A DNA stretch of 64,000 nucleotides. It comes from Rebecca billardiae RCC1528. Its lineage: Eukaryota; Protista; Haptophyta. Shown here piece after piece: positions 1 through 10,875 of the stretch. The stretch spans positions 868,001 to 932,000 of the forward strand of contig OZ251230.1 of NCBI GenBank assembly GCA_965240325.2, written 5' to 3'. The translations under genes were made by a program, and so were the position numbers. Below the pieces are notes generated by a model. The model was not told the origin of the DNA, made no database searches, and worked only from the letters and a program-made list of their open reading frames with translations. Every line of letters starts with the position of its first letter. Position 1 is the first letter of the stretch.

Positions 1-581
1 CCGCGGCGGCGAAGGCGATCGCCTCCGCTGCGTCGGCACGCACGCCGCCGAGCTCGCCCGCCGGGCGCTCGCGCCTCACGGTCAAACGGCACGCGCTCGC
101 GCAGTCGCCCGCCAGCCGCGATCGCTTTCAGCGCAGCTCGCTCTTCGAGGCGGGCCGCGAGGAGGAGCCTCCGCCGGTGGACGACGACCCGGTGACCTCG
201 CCCGTCTGCTCGCCCGCCGCCGCGCACCGCTCGTGCCTTTCGGACATCCCCTCGTCCGCGTGCGCGTCCACGTCGGATCTGGTGGGCGCGCTCAGCCCGC
301 TGAGTCGCTCGAGGGTCATCTGCTCTGGCGCCGCGGACGATTGAGCCTGAGCCAGCAGCTAGCACTTTGACAAGTCCTGATGTTAGGACCGTCTGTGGCC
401 ATGTCCGACCGACGACGGCATGGGGCATCAGCTCGAGGATCGACGACTCTACCCGTGGCAGCTCTCGCAGTCTCACAGACTATGACACTCACTACAGTTT
501 ACTATGATTTAACGTGCACACAGTACACCGGTATACAAGTACCCCCATTAACTAGATAGTACCTGCGTCTTGGCTCGCGCC

Positions 582-1826
582 ATGAGCGTCGTCATCGTCC
601 TCGTCGTCCTTGCGGCGGCGCCGCGCGCGAGAGACCCTCACTTCATAGCACCCGGCCAGGTCACACAGGCCGAGCACGACGCTGGGCTCATCGCGGTGAC
701 GAGCCGTTCGGCGCTTGCTCTGTACCGCGGCTGTGTGGCCGGGCCCAGCCCGCGGCGCGAGGTGTGCAAGCACCACGTGTGCAACATGTTGCCGCATCTG
801 CTGGTCGCCGGCGTGCAGAAGGGCGGCACATCGACGCTGATGCATCGCTTCCGAGTGAACGCCACCGCGCTGCGTACGTGCACGTCCGTGCGCGAAGCCC
901 ACTTCTTCGACCAGCCTCGCTGGCAGCACGCAATGGTCCACGCGGACGCGCTGAGGCAGTACACCCACGCTCGCCTCTCACACTGCCGCAGCGCGCGCGC
1001 GCGCATGCTCGTGCGCATCGAGAAGACGCCGGCGTACCTGGACAACCCGTGGACGCCGCGCCGCGTGTGCGAGGCGTACGCCTCCGCCGGACGGCCGGTG
1101 TTCGTCGTGATCATGCTGCGCGAGCCCGTGGCCAGAGCGTACTCGGCGTACGGGATGTTCCGCGAGTTGATCCTGCCCGAGCTCGGCATGAACGCCTCGG
1201 CGGTGGTGGCCGATGGGTTCGACGTGGTCGCACGCGTCGACATGGCCATCGCGCGCGCGTGCGACGAGCCGCCTGCCGCCTCGTACCACCAGCCGCGCGC
1301 ATCCGCGGCCGCGCAGCGACTCAGGCGGTGCTGCGAGGTGGCCGCGTGCGAAGCGCACCCGCCCCTTTGCGGGCGCACCGGCTGGCGAGGGTGCCGCATG
1401 GAGACGCACATGGCGCTCCAGTTCCTGCCCGTGCGCCGCGGCATGTACGCACGATTCCTCCCGGGCTGGCTGCGCTACCACCGCGCCGCCTCGATCCGGC
1501 TCGTCGACTTCTCGCGCTGCGTGGGGCGTGACGCGCTCGCATGCGCAGAGGCCATCGCCGCGTGGGTGCGGCGCGAGCAGATGGGCGCGAGGGCTGACGG
1601 CGCCGCGATTGCCGATGCGGACGCAAACGTCACGGCGGTCCGCCTCCAACACCAAGCTCCGGAGGCGCCCATGGCCAACCACACGCGCACCGCCCTCCGC
1701 GAGTTTTACGCCCCGCACAACGACGCGCTCTTCGCCCTGCTGGGCGTGGAGCCGCTCGCGGGCTGGAGCACCGTTATTGGGTCGGCTGGGCTGGATGCAA
1801 CTCGGCGCGACGCAGGACCACGGTAG
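582..1826 (+). CDS. PAPS-dependent sulfotransferase (heparan-sulfate 3-O/N-sulfotransferase-like)
   Basis: N-terminal hydrophobic signal/anchor (MSVVIVLVVLAAA), 5'-PSB motif VAGVQKGGTSTL, EAHFFD, EKTPAY, 3'-PB motif MLREPVARAYSAY, C-terminal LREFYAPHN; first ATG at 582. Confidence 0.85.
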   Translation: MSVVIVLVVLAAAPRARDPHFIAPGQVTQAEHDAGLIAVTSRSALALYRGCVAGPSPRREVCKHHVCNMLPHLLVAGVQKGGTSTLMHRFRVNATALRTCTSVREAHFFDQPRWQHAMVHADALRQYTHARLSHCRSARARMLVRIEKTPAYLDNPWTPRRVCEAYASAGRPVFVVIMLREPVARAYSAYGMFRELILPELGMNASAVVADGFDVVARVDMAIARACDEPPAASYHQPRASAAAQRLRRCCEVAACEAHPPLCGRTGWRGCRMETHMALQFLPVRRGMYARFLPGWLRYHRAASIRLVDFSRCVGRDALACAEAIAAWVRREQMGARADGAAIADADANVTAVRLQHQAPEAPMANHTRTALREFYAPHNDALFALLGVEPLAGWSTVIGSAGLDATRRDAGPR

Positions 1827-2789
1827 CACGGTAGACAGTAGCACGCGCGCGCAAGCAGCTCGTCACTCCAGGACCAGGTGGGGTCGTGGCCATGGGCATG
1901 GCCGTCACAACTCCACCGCACCCGCCGTCTGACTGAGTGACAGTCTGACCGTCTGTCTGACAGGCCACCCAACGGACCCAACAGTCTCAAAGTCCTCATC
2001 AAAGACATCATCAAACCACCGTGACGACGTAGACACCTAGTAGTGCCCTGATTACTGCTGTCACTCCACTGTTTTATAGGACAGCTCGCCTCCAGAGGGG
2101 GCGGGACCGTACTGCGGGCGGGGTCATGCCAGTTGCCAACAGCACTACGACAAGCCCGCCTGACTCGGACACTCTTGCAGCGGGGTGGAACCGGCCCCGG
2201 CCTCCCCGGGGGCGGGTCGGTACTCCGAACTACGTAAGCAGCCGCACTGTGAGTACTGTGACATGATGAGTGACGAGTGCACTGCGTCGCGGCAATTCGC
2301 CTGAAGTCACGCAGATCATCATCACATCGCGAGTACTGTATGTGTGAGCAGAGTCGGCAGAATAAGGGGCACCCCATAAGGTGCCCCAGCAGTATGGGCA
2401 GAGGCGGCCAGCCACTAGCCGATCCCTGCGCGGGGAAGGGGACGGAGGCGTAGGGGACGGAGGGGACTGTCAACTAAGGAGCGCCAGACGGACCCGCCGG
2501 ACCGTGACGATGACAGTGGCCAGCGCGGAGCTACTATGGCAGCCTACGACAGGCGGTAGCCTGAGCCGCACCCGAGCGCCACCGGGCCGCCGGACCAACT
2601 GGCCTGGCGGCCCGGCGACGCTCCGGGCCAGGTCTGCTGGCACTCCAGGCATTGTGGCAGTGCATACGGGCCGTTGGCTTCCCGGCGAATCTCGCCGCCT
2701 GCACCATCGCTGGCGCAGACCCGGCGGCCGCGGGGGGCGCCGAGCCATGCCTAAGGCTGTGCCGAGCGGGCGGCACTCGCCGTGCCCCC

Positions 2790-2792
<3 letters not shown>

Positions 2793-2847
<55 letters not shown>
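2793..2847. repeat. poly-C homopolymer (~55 nt)
   Basis: Uninterrupted C run seen directly. Confidence 0.95.
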
Positions 2848-3502
2848 ACGCGTCGGGAGAGCCGAACGAACGCTCTGCGACTTGACACCCGTGAGCCAGC
2901 CTCGGGCTCAGGGCTCCGGGGCCTGCGCTGCGCCGTGAGCGCAGCTGCACCGGCCCTTCACTCACTGATGCACCTGGGCTGTGAAGCCTGGCCTTCTACT
3001 CTCTCTAGATCTCTCTCCACTCAGATCTTCGAGGGCCAAGTCTGCTGATTCTGGCATTACCCGGGCCACGCGGCCGTTCAGTCTCCCGGGTGAGATTGAC
3101 CGTGCATGTACCCGGCCGCAGCAGCTCGAGCCTTGACGCTGGCCTCCGCCGTGGGCGGGCGAGTGCCACTGGCGAGCGGCGATACTGGTCGCCAGCTCGC
3201 CAGGCCGAGCGGCCGGGCGCCGCGCAATGGCGCGCATGCTTCACACCTCGTCCGCTCGTCGTTTACCAGCGGCGGTACAGAGAATGCCGGCCCGGAACTG
3301 TACTGTACGGTATACGTATTGTAGGAATCGGCGATAACGAATCGCCAACTGAAAGATTCGGAGATTCTCCACTAATGAATCGTAATGAATGATTTAGGTT
3401 TGAGTCCATCGTCCTCGTCGACATCAATTCCTGCAGTAACCCGCCGCCTCATCGCGCGACAGACGTACGGTCCTGTTTTTGCTGTCGCGAATCGCGATCC
3501 CC

Positions 3503-4354
3503 ATGGCTCACGTGTCCTCCCCGCATCACGTCAACGCACGTCGAGGGACGCGCACGTTGCGCCTTGCCACAGCATTCGCAACCATCTGCCTCCTGGTTGG
3601 AACACACAGCTTTCGCGCCGTGCGCCCGATCTCGCAGCGCTCGCTGGTGCTGGCGGTGGGTGCGTTTGGCCCTCGCCGAGCACACCACGCCAGCTGTCTC
3701 ACAGCCAGAGTGCACGAGCGGGAAGACACCCGTACGCCACAACATGCTGCCCCAACATCAGCGGATGCGCCGCCGCCAGTCGACGGGCCGCCGTCACACC
3801 GCTCCCGACTTGACGCGATGCTTCTGGGGCACGCGACGAGCGTTGCCATCGCTGTGACCATGCTTATTGCCATCGTTGCCGTGGGGCTGGCGATCGAAAG
3901 CGAGGTTGGCAGCGGATGGGCGCTGTTCGAGCCCATGGCACGCCTCGCACCGCAGAACTGGAGCGCCTTCTCAAAGGTCCTGCAGGAGCAGCCCGCGCTC
4001 AGCAAGCTGATCACGACGGGCGAGGCGGATGCGACCACCGTCGCCAGCCATTTCATCATGCACCAGCTCAAGGAGCAGGTGGATCACGTGCTCGTTCATC
4101 AGCGCGCTCGCAGAAGCCTCGCCGGTAACGGCCAAGCGGACTCTGCCAGCAGCAGGTCTGACGGCGACCGCGACCATCGTGACGGAGTTGCAGCCCGAGA
4201 ATCGCAGACGGAGTCTTATCTCGGCATCGAGGCCAGGGTGCACATCGGCCGCAGCTCAGAAGTTGGGCCTGGTGCATCATCTGCATCATCGGCGGCGGAT
4301 GCTGATGACGTGAACGTCCCTCCCGAAATTCGCCGCCAGTCGTGGCAGCAGTGA
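3503..4354 (+). CDS. Hypothetical membrane protein with the N-terminal part of an Mpv17/PMP22-like domain (apparently truncated)
   Basis: ORF from ATG 3503; TM helix followed by GWALFEPMARLAPQNWSAFSKVLQEQPALSKLITTG, resembling the start of plant/algal Mpv17/PMP22 proteins; the later TM helices are absent. Confidence 0.5.
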   Translation: MAHVSSPHHVNARRGTRTLRLATAFATICLLVGTHSFRAVRPISQRSLVLAVGAFGPRRAHHASCLTARVHEREDTRTPQHAAPTSADAPPPVDGPPSHRSRLDAMLLGHATSVAIAVTMLIAIVAVGLAIESEVGSGWALFEPMARLAPQNWSAFSKVLQEQPALSKLITTGEADATTVASHFIMHQLKEQVDHVLVHQRARRSLAGNGQADSASSRSDGDRDHRDGVAARESQTESYLGIEARVHIGRSSEVGPGASSASSAADADDVNVPPEIRRQSWQQ

Positions 4355-4444
4355 ATGATATTGATGATGCTTTCTGGCAGTGTCGTACACAGTGAGTGAT
4401 ATTCATTATTCGTCGTCCGACAGATCACAGATGTGAGATGAATA

Positions 4445-4949
4445 CAGGCAATCGCGGGCAATAAGAAGTCAGAGATCTCACGGCTAGCCTCGGTTTCTTA
4501 GCCGTTCGGTAGCCCGAGCGCCTACGGAGTCTCAGTTTCTTAGCTAGGTCCGCCCGCCGCGCAGGCGCGGGGGGCGCAGGGGGGCAGAGCCCCCCGCTGA
4601 GTCTTTAGGCCCGGCCGGCGAGGCCGACGAAAATTTTGGGCCTTTTTGGAGCAAATCTGGCATGATGTTGCATGGATGCTGCGGTGCACTGGCCAGGAGT
4701 CAGTCATCAGGAGAAGTCGGGACTTGGCCTGTACTCGTAGTCGGGCCGCGCGCCGCGTCCCCGACGGCCCGACTGCGCCTCGCCCCTCGGCGGACCACTC
4801 CTCAGCCGGGACGACGTAGTCCCGGTTTCTTAGTGTGACTATGCGTATAGCGAACCAGCCAATCGCTAGCCTCAGTTTCTAGGCCAGATCCGCAGATAGC
4901 AAGCCCCAGTTTCTTAACGTGACAGCTCCTTATTGCCCGCGATTGCCTG
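4445..4949. mobile_element. Tc1/mariner-type MITE, copy 1
   Basis: TIR CAGGCAATCGCGGGCAATAAG ... CTTATTGCCCGCGATTGCCTG, TA on both flanks, near-identical copy at 17934-18452, no transposase ORF. Confidence 0.9.
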
Positions 4950-5198
4950 TAATCCGATGACGACGACGACGCGATAATCGTCATCAAATCGGAAAAAAAA
5001 ATCATTATCCTGCTGATGACAGCCCGCCGCACTCACGATCGAAACGTCGTAGAGTCGTCATGTCACTGAGACCTATACAGCAGTAGTCTCATTGATGGAC
5101 GAGCCTCTTCGCGTCGCCTTTGACATGGAATCGTTTGGTTCGTAACGTCGGTTCACGAACGACTCCCATATTCCCACTGGGATCAGCAGTTATTATCG

Positions 5199-6365
5199 TC
5201 AGTCCCCGGCCAGCGCGGGCGTGGTGAGTGCCAGCGCCTCCACGCGGCGCTCGAGCTCGGCGAGCACGGCTGGGGTATCATCGGCAGCCTCGCCAGTGAT
5301 GGCATCGACGAGCGCGCCGGTGAGGCCCCGGGGGCCGTCCGTCTCCGCCGCAGCGGATGCGTGGCCCTGCGCAGCAGCAGCGTGCGGGTGCTCCAGCGCC
5401 GCAGCACTCTCCACGTGCTCGAGCACGGCGCGCACGAACGCATCCATTGCCTCGCGGCACGCGCAGCGCTCGGACGTGAACGGCGCCGCGCTCTGCGCCC
5501 AGCGCGCGCCGACCTCCGCCGCGCACAGAGAGCGCAGGAACGCCCAGTCTCGCGCATCGAGTGCGCCCACGCGCACGTGCGCCGTGCGCGCGAGCAGCAC
5601 GAGGCCGGCGCGGGCCGCGCGCGCGCGCGGCACGTACGTCTCGCGATCGGCCTGGCTCTCGAAGTGCGACCAGTGCGCGCGGTACAGGTTGGGCACGCGC
5701 ACGTCGAGCTCGATGGCGCGCGGCGCGAGCACCGTCGTCGCGAACTCGATGAGCGCACGCGTGCACGACGTGCCGTGCTCCTTGTGCCGGCGGTCGTGGC
5801 CCGAGCTGTGGTGGCACGGCTGGTACGTGAGGAAGAGCGTGAGCGTGCCGCCGTGCGCGCGCGGCTCGTCGAGCGTGGCGCGCAGGGCCGTGTCGCGCAG
5901 CGCGAACTGCTCCGCGTGCACGTTGTCGTGCGTGCTCCCGCGGTAGCAGTTTGTGTACCTTGCCACGTACAGCGGCGGCAGCGCGTCGGCGCCTGTCGAG
6001 GCCACGTCGAGGCGCGCGACGCATGCGACCGACTTGCGCTCGCACTCGTCGCGCGAGCCTTCGCCACGCAGGCAGGCGCAGGCAGTGCCCGCCTCGGGGC
6101 ACGTCTCTACGTGGAAGAAAGCGGCGCAGAAGTCGCCGGCCGAGCCCAGCAGCGCCGGCGTGGCGCCATCCGCGCCTCTGCGCAGCGCCACAGCGTGCGG
6201 CTCGCCGTACCAGAGGCTTCGCGACATGGAGCGCCCGGGCGCCGAGCAGCGACCGTCACACTCGACGGCGGCGCGCGACGGCCGCTCGCTCGCCGCGAGC
6301 TGCGCGAGAGAGCGCGCAGGCCTGTCAGTGTTGGCTTGCCGCCTGTGCGGCGGCACGTACGCCAT
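5199..6365 (-). CDS. AID/APOBEC-like zinc-dependent cytidine deaminase
   Basis: YTNC...NVHAEQF (HxE), TLFLTYQPC-x15-SC (PCxnC), downstream NLYRAHW; motif order matches the AID/APOBEC fold; ATG 6365 (MAYVPPHRR). Confidence 0.75.
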   Translation of the reverse strand: MAYVPPHRRQANTDRPARSLAQLAASERPSRAAVECDGRCSAPGRSMSRSLWYGEPHAVALRRGADGATPALLGSAGDFCAAFFHVETCPEAGTACACLRGEGSRDECERKSVACVARLDVASTGADALPPLYVARYTNCYRGSTHDNVHAEQFALRDTALRATLDEPRAHGGTLTLFLTYQPCHHSSGHDRRHKEHGTSCTRALIEFATTVLAPRAIELDVRVPNLYRAHWSHFESQADRETYVPRARAARAGLVLLARTAHVRVGALDARDWAFLRSLCAAEVGARWAQSAAPFTSERCACREAMDAFVRAVLEHVESAAALEHPHAAAAQGHASAAAETDGPRGLTGALVDAITGEAADDTPAVLAELERRVEALALTTPALAGD

Positions 6366-6526
6366 CGTTCCGCAAGAAGACTGATGAATGATGATCCGGT
6401 TCCAGGATTCGTCCATTCGTCCAAGGAATGTCGACGGAACTCATCACAGCTCTGGGCTCGGTGCCTCCTCACGGTCAGGACTCTCAGCATTCGGCGGCGA
6501 GCGGCTTGCCCCGTGGCTTGGGCGCG

Positions 6527-7818
6527 ATGTCGATGCTGCACGATCTCGCCACGTCGGCAGACTGCGCGGTCGGGCCATCCGGCGTGAACCCGCTCCACGC
6601 CCTCGCTGATGCGGTCGAGCGCTCCACCTTCGGCACCCGCTCGCCCACCGCGGGCGCGGGCGATGCGCGCGAGGCGTCGGGCAGCGCGCGCGCACCGCGC
6701 GAGGCGGTGGAGGCGCGTGTCCAGGCCGAACACGCCGCGTTCGTCGAGGCATTCGAGCGCGCCGGGGCGCACGCGAGCACCGCGCCATTGCCACCATCGG
6801 CGCACCTCGAATCCGCCTGGGCTGGCCCCGGCCCCCGGCTTGGCGGGGCTATGCGCACGCACGGCGCCGGCACGCTCGACTCAGCGTGGGCCGCATCGAG
6901 CAGCCAGCTGCACGTGCAGCCACCGGCGCTGGCCGACTTCCACCCGGCGGTGCAGGCGTGCTTCAAGGCGCTCGCGCAGCCGAACGCGCCCAACAGCTCG
7001 GCGCAGCTGCGCGCCGCCGCCGCCGACGTCGCGCGCACGCTCCCGCCGCCCGCGCTCGCCCAGCTACACGCGCGCGCGAGCCGATTCGCTCGGCACGTGC
7101 ACGGCGGCGCGGAAGGCGACGGCGCCGTCGCGGAGCTGTCGCGCGCGCTGGGCGTCCCGCCGGCCGCGCCGGGCATGCCGCCCGGCGCGTCTGTGCGGCA
7201 CCAGCAGCTCGGCGACGCGACGGCGGCGGAGGTTGCCGAGGCAGACCGGTGGGCGGCTGCGTTCGCGCGCGAACGGCCGCCGCCGCCGCCGCAGGCAGGG
7301 CCGGCCCAGCTGCTGGGCGCGGGCGGGATGGCGCCGTTGCGCAGCGCGTACGGCGCGCCGAGCCTCGGCGCGACGTGGCAGCCGGCAGCGAGTCGTGCAG
7401 CCGCGTCCGCAGACCGAGCCGTGTCGCGGCCCGAGGACGCGGCTCGTGCCGCCGAAGCCGCCGCGTCGGCGCAGGCCACAGATGCGCCGCTGCTCGCGCG
7501 CGGGGGGGATGGTTCGGACGCGCGCGCGGCGCGCGGCTCGCGCGCCGAGGTGCGCGAGATCACCAGGCCGATGATCGACGCGCTTGAGGCTGGCGCCGCA
7601 GCGACCGCCGACCCGCAGCAGTCCGCCAGGCTCGCAGACTCTCAGCTGCTCGCCTTCCTGCGCGGGCTGCACTCGGGAGATCTCGATCTCGAGGGCCTCG
7701 AGGCGGGAGATCTCGATCTCGGGGGCCTCGGGGCGGGGGCCGCCCAGGGCGGAGCGCAGCAGCTGAGCGCGGAGGAGCGCGAGCGCCAGCAGCAGCCGCA
7801 GCAGCCGCCGCCGCCGCC

Positions 7819-7860
<42 letters not shown>

Positions 7861-8971
7861 GCAGCAGCAGCAGCGGCTAGCAGAGGCCCTCTCAGGAGAC
7901 CTGGCGGATCAGTCGCTCTTCGAGGGCCTCTGGAACGAGCTGGCTCGCAGCGGCGCGGCCGAGGACGCGGGGGCGGGGCCGGCGCACGCCGATGGCACCG
8001 AGGCCGCGCTGCAGCGCACGCTGCGCGCCCTGATGGCCGACGGCACCGCGGCCGCCGCGCCGCGCGAGCGCCCCCCGCAGCGCGTGTACGTTTTCGAGTC
8101 CGCCAACCCGTTTGCCTCGGAGGTGGCGCCGCTGGAGCGCGCGCACGCGCTCGCGGCGGAGGGCCGGCTGGCGGAGGCGACGCTTGCGGTGGAGGTCGCC
8201 GTGCAGCGCTCGCCGCAGGACTCGCGCGCGTGGCAGCTCCTCGGCCAGCTCCACGCCGACTCGGACGACGACGCGCGTGCGATCGTTGCGCTCGAGAACG
8301 CCGTGGCCGCGGACGCGCACAACCTGGACGCGCTGCTGCTGCTCGGCGTCTCGTTCACGAACGAGCACGAGCAGGGGGAGGCGCTCGCGCGGCTGCGGCA
8401 CTGGCTGCGCGCGCACCCGAGCTTCCGCACGCTCGCCGGCGCCGCCACCACCGACGCCGCCGCCGCCGCCGACGTCGCACTCAACCCGTTCAGCGCGCAC
8501 GCGCAGCTGACGCAGCTCTTCCAGACGGCGGCGCGCGAGGCGCCGCAGGACGCGGACGTGCGCGCGGTGCTCGGCGTGCTCTTCAACCTCTCGCGCGAGT
8601 ACGAGGCGGCGATCGGCGCGTTCACCGACGCGCTCGCGCTGCGCCCGGACGACTACTCGCTGTGGAACAAGCTGGGCGCGACCTGCGCGAACGCGCTGCA
8701 GCCCGAGCGCGCGCTGCCGCACTACGTGCGCGCGCTCGAGCTCAAGCCCGACTACGTGCGCGCGCTCACCAACCTGGGCATCTCGTACGGCAACCTGGGG
8801 CGGCACATGGAGGGCGCGGCGTGCTACCTGCGCGCGCTCGAGCTCAACCCGCGCGGCGTGCACATCTGGGGGTACCTGCGCATGCTGCTGCTGGGCGCGG
8901 GCCGGGACGACCTCGCGCAGCTCGCAGACACTCGCGACATCGAGGCGTTCAGGGGGGTCGTCGACTTCTGA
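6527..8971 (+). CDS. PEX5: Peroxisomal targeting signal 1 receptor PEX5
   Basis: Conserved N-terminal Cys (LATSADCAVG..NPL), WxxxF motif (WAAAF), YVFESANPF, C-terminal TPR cluster (LWNKLGATCAN, LKPDYVRALTNLGISY); an in-frame upstream ATG at 6428 is an alternative start. Confidence 0.92.
7820..7873 (+). repeat. CAG repeat encoding polyQ within PEX5
   Basis: (CAG)n tract read as QQQQQQQQQQQQQRQQQQ. Confidence 0.9.
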
Positions 8972-9134
8972 CTCTGACTCTGAGACTCGCGGCGTCGTCT
9001 CATCGGACCAGCTGGCATGCTTTCACGGCGTCACTGGCTATGCTCTGCCACCAACGCCGACTTCGTGTCGACGATCGGGCACTGCCGCCGACGAATCAGG
9101 AGACCCGCGTCGTCCGCTACGCCTGCGTCGTTAA

Positions 9135-9137
<3 letters not shown>

Positions 9138-9180
<43 letters not shown>

Positions 9181-9210
9181 ATATGTGTATTCGTCTGCTG
9201 TGACTGTATA

Positions 9211-9262
<52 letters not shown>
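9138..9262. repeat. Two (TA)n microsatellites (9138-9176 and 9216-9262)
   Basis: Seen directly, between the convergent 3' ends of PEX5 and the 2OG oxygenase. Confidence 0.95.
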
Positions 9263-9264
<2 letters not shown>

Positions 9265-9484
9265 CACTTATTTGAAGAGTTTGGCAGAGAAGTGGCGGCG
9301 GGCAGCCGCAGCATTATTGCCGACGATGATATGCTGCTGCCGGTCAATTTTTATTGAGCAGAACGACGACTCAGCATGTTGACACCGTTGATGAGGCGGC
9401 TACTGTACTTGCTGTCGTCATCAGTAACGTCGTCATCAGTGACAGTTCCAAATTTCTTGATTCTGAAAGTTGCGTCGTCACGAC

Positions 9485-10678
9485 TCACGTGTTGCTCTTG
9501 GCGAGCTTGGCGCGCAGGTGCTCGCCCGCACGCACCGGCCCGTGCCGCGCGCTGTCGCCCGCGCCGGCGAGGATGGGCTCGATCAGCGCGTCATCGCGCG
9601 GCCCGGTGAAGAAGACGAGGCTGAGGCGGCGGCGCGCGATGGCATCGTTCGACACGCGATGCATCGCTGAGCGCCAGCGGCCGTTCGCCCAGAGCGCTAT
9701 CAGGTCGCCCGCGTTCACGATGAGGCCGCCGGGAGGGACGCTCACCCACGCGCCCGCAGCGCTCGCGGCGCCCTCGCCGTCGGCGCCTACCGCGCCCGAC
9801 GCCTCGGCCGCGCGGAAGACCTGCAGGCCGGGCACCTCGGGGTCCTGCATGAGCAGGGTGAAGCCCTGGTAGTCCGTGTGCGCAGAGTAGCGCAGTGCGC
9901 GCTCCTCTCCCTGCGGCGGCGCCGCCTGCGCCGGGTAGTGCGCCAGCCGGAGCGCGTTGGAGGTGGTGTCGCGATAGGCGGCGGCAAACACCCCAAGCGG
10001 CACGCCGAGCGCATCGGCCGCGATGCGATGCAGCACCTCGAGCGTCGCCTCCATGCTGGCCCAGTACGCGCGCGCGTGCGGCAGCAGCTCGGGCGGGAAG
10101 TGCGGACGCTGGGCCAGCCCGGAGCTGTCTGCCGGCGGGTCGCGCTTGATCACGATGTTTTCCACCAGGTCAGGCGGCGCTTCTTCCGGCTGGCCGGCGG
10201 CGTCGGGGCTGTCGGGCGATGTCCTGCCGACCGCCTCGACACCCATGGCGGTGTAACCCTCGGGGCCGTACGACCCCGACGAGAGCGCGAGCTTCTCTGC
10301 GAGTGGCCGATCAAAGAAGGCGAGGGCGCCCGCGCGCACGCCCTCTGTCGCCTCGCGTGGCACCGAGTGGCCCACGACGCGCGCAAAGCCCCATGTCCGC
10401 ATCGCGTTGTCCCACTCGCGGGCGACGCGAGCGCGCGCTCTTGCATCCGCCTCCGCGTCCCCACTCGGTGACACATACGCCGAGATGTCGATCTCGGGCA
10501 AACCAGTGTCCGCAGCGGCAGTCGCAGCGCGGGCGAGTGGCTGCGCCCGGCGCGGATAGGGCAGGCACGATCGGCCGTGCGCACTCAGCGACAGCAGTGG
10601 CAGCGCCTTGGCTGACGGGCGAACGAGCAGTGCGCGCATGGGAAGGAAGAGGGCGAGCGACAGCAGCGTGCTGAGCAT
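9485..10678 (-). CDS. 2-oxoglutarate/Fe(II)-dependent dioxygenase (IPNS/DIOX_N family)
   Basis: LPEIDIS, WGFARVVGHSV, LRLAHYP, HTD...H...RLS motifs (AHTDYQGFTLL, SAMHRV, RLSLVFF); signal/transit-like N-terminus. Confidence 0.9.
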   Translation of the reverse strand: MLSTLLSLALFLPMRALLVRPSAKALPLLSLSAHGRSCLPYPRRAQPLARAATAAADTGLPEIDISAYVSPSGDAEADARARARVAREWDNAMRTWGFARVVGHSVPREATEGVRAGALAFFDRPLAEKLALSSGSYGPEGYTAMGVEAVGRTSPDSPDAAGQPEEAPPDLVENIVIKRDPPADSSGLAQRPHFPPELLPHARAYWASMEATLEVLHRIAADALGVPLGVFAAAYRDTTSNALRLAHYPAQAAPPQGEERALRYSAHTDYQGFTLLMQDPEVPGLQVFRAAEASGAVGADGEGAASAAGAWVSVPPGGLIVNAGDLIALWANGRWRSAMHRVSNDAIARRRLSLVFFTGPRDDALIEPILAGAGDSARHGPVRAGEHLRAKLAKSNT

Positions 10679-10875
10679 CGGGTCCGAGCGACAGCCTGTC
10701 CGAGGTCGGTGCAGGCTCTCTGCAAGCCTTGTGAAACGTCATACTGTACTGTAGCTAGCGAACGACAGGACGGTTTCAGGTACGACTGTATTCAGTTTTG
10801 CCGCGAATCGACACTGTCGTGTTGGACGAGCTCACGACCGCACGGCGAGCACGGTGAGCAGGGCCCCTGGCCGAC

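Noticed and set aside
128-319. 63-aa ORF at the window edge
   Set aside because: Short, no motif, and may be part of a gene outside the window; it cannot be supported.
2381-3048. Poly-Pro/poly-Gly ORFs
   Set aside because: They are translations of the C homopolymer with no other coding evidence.
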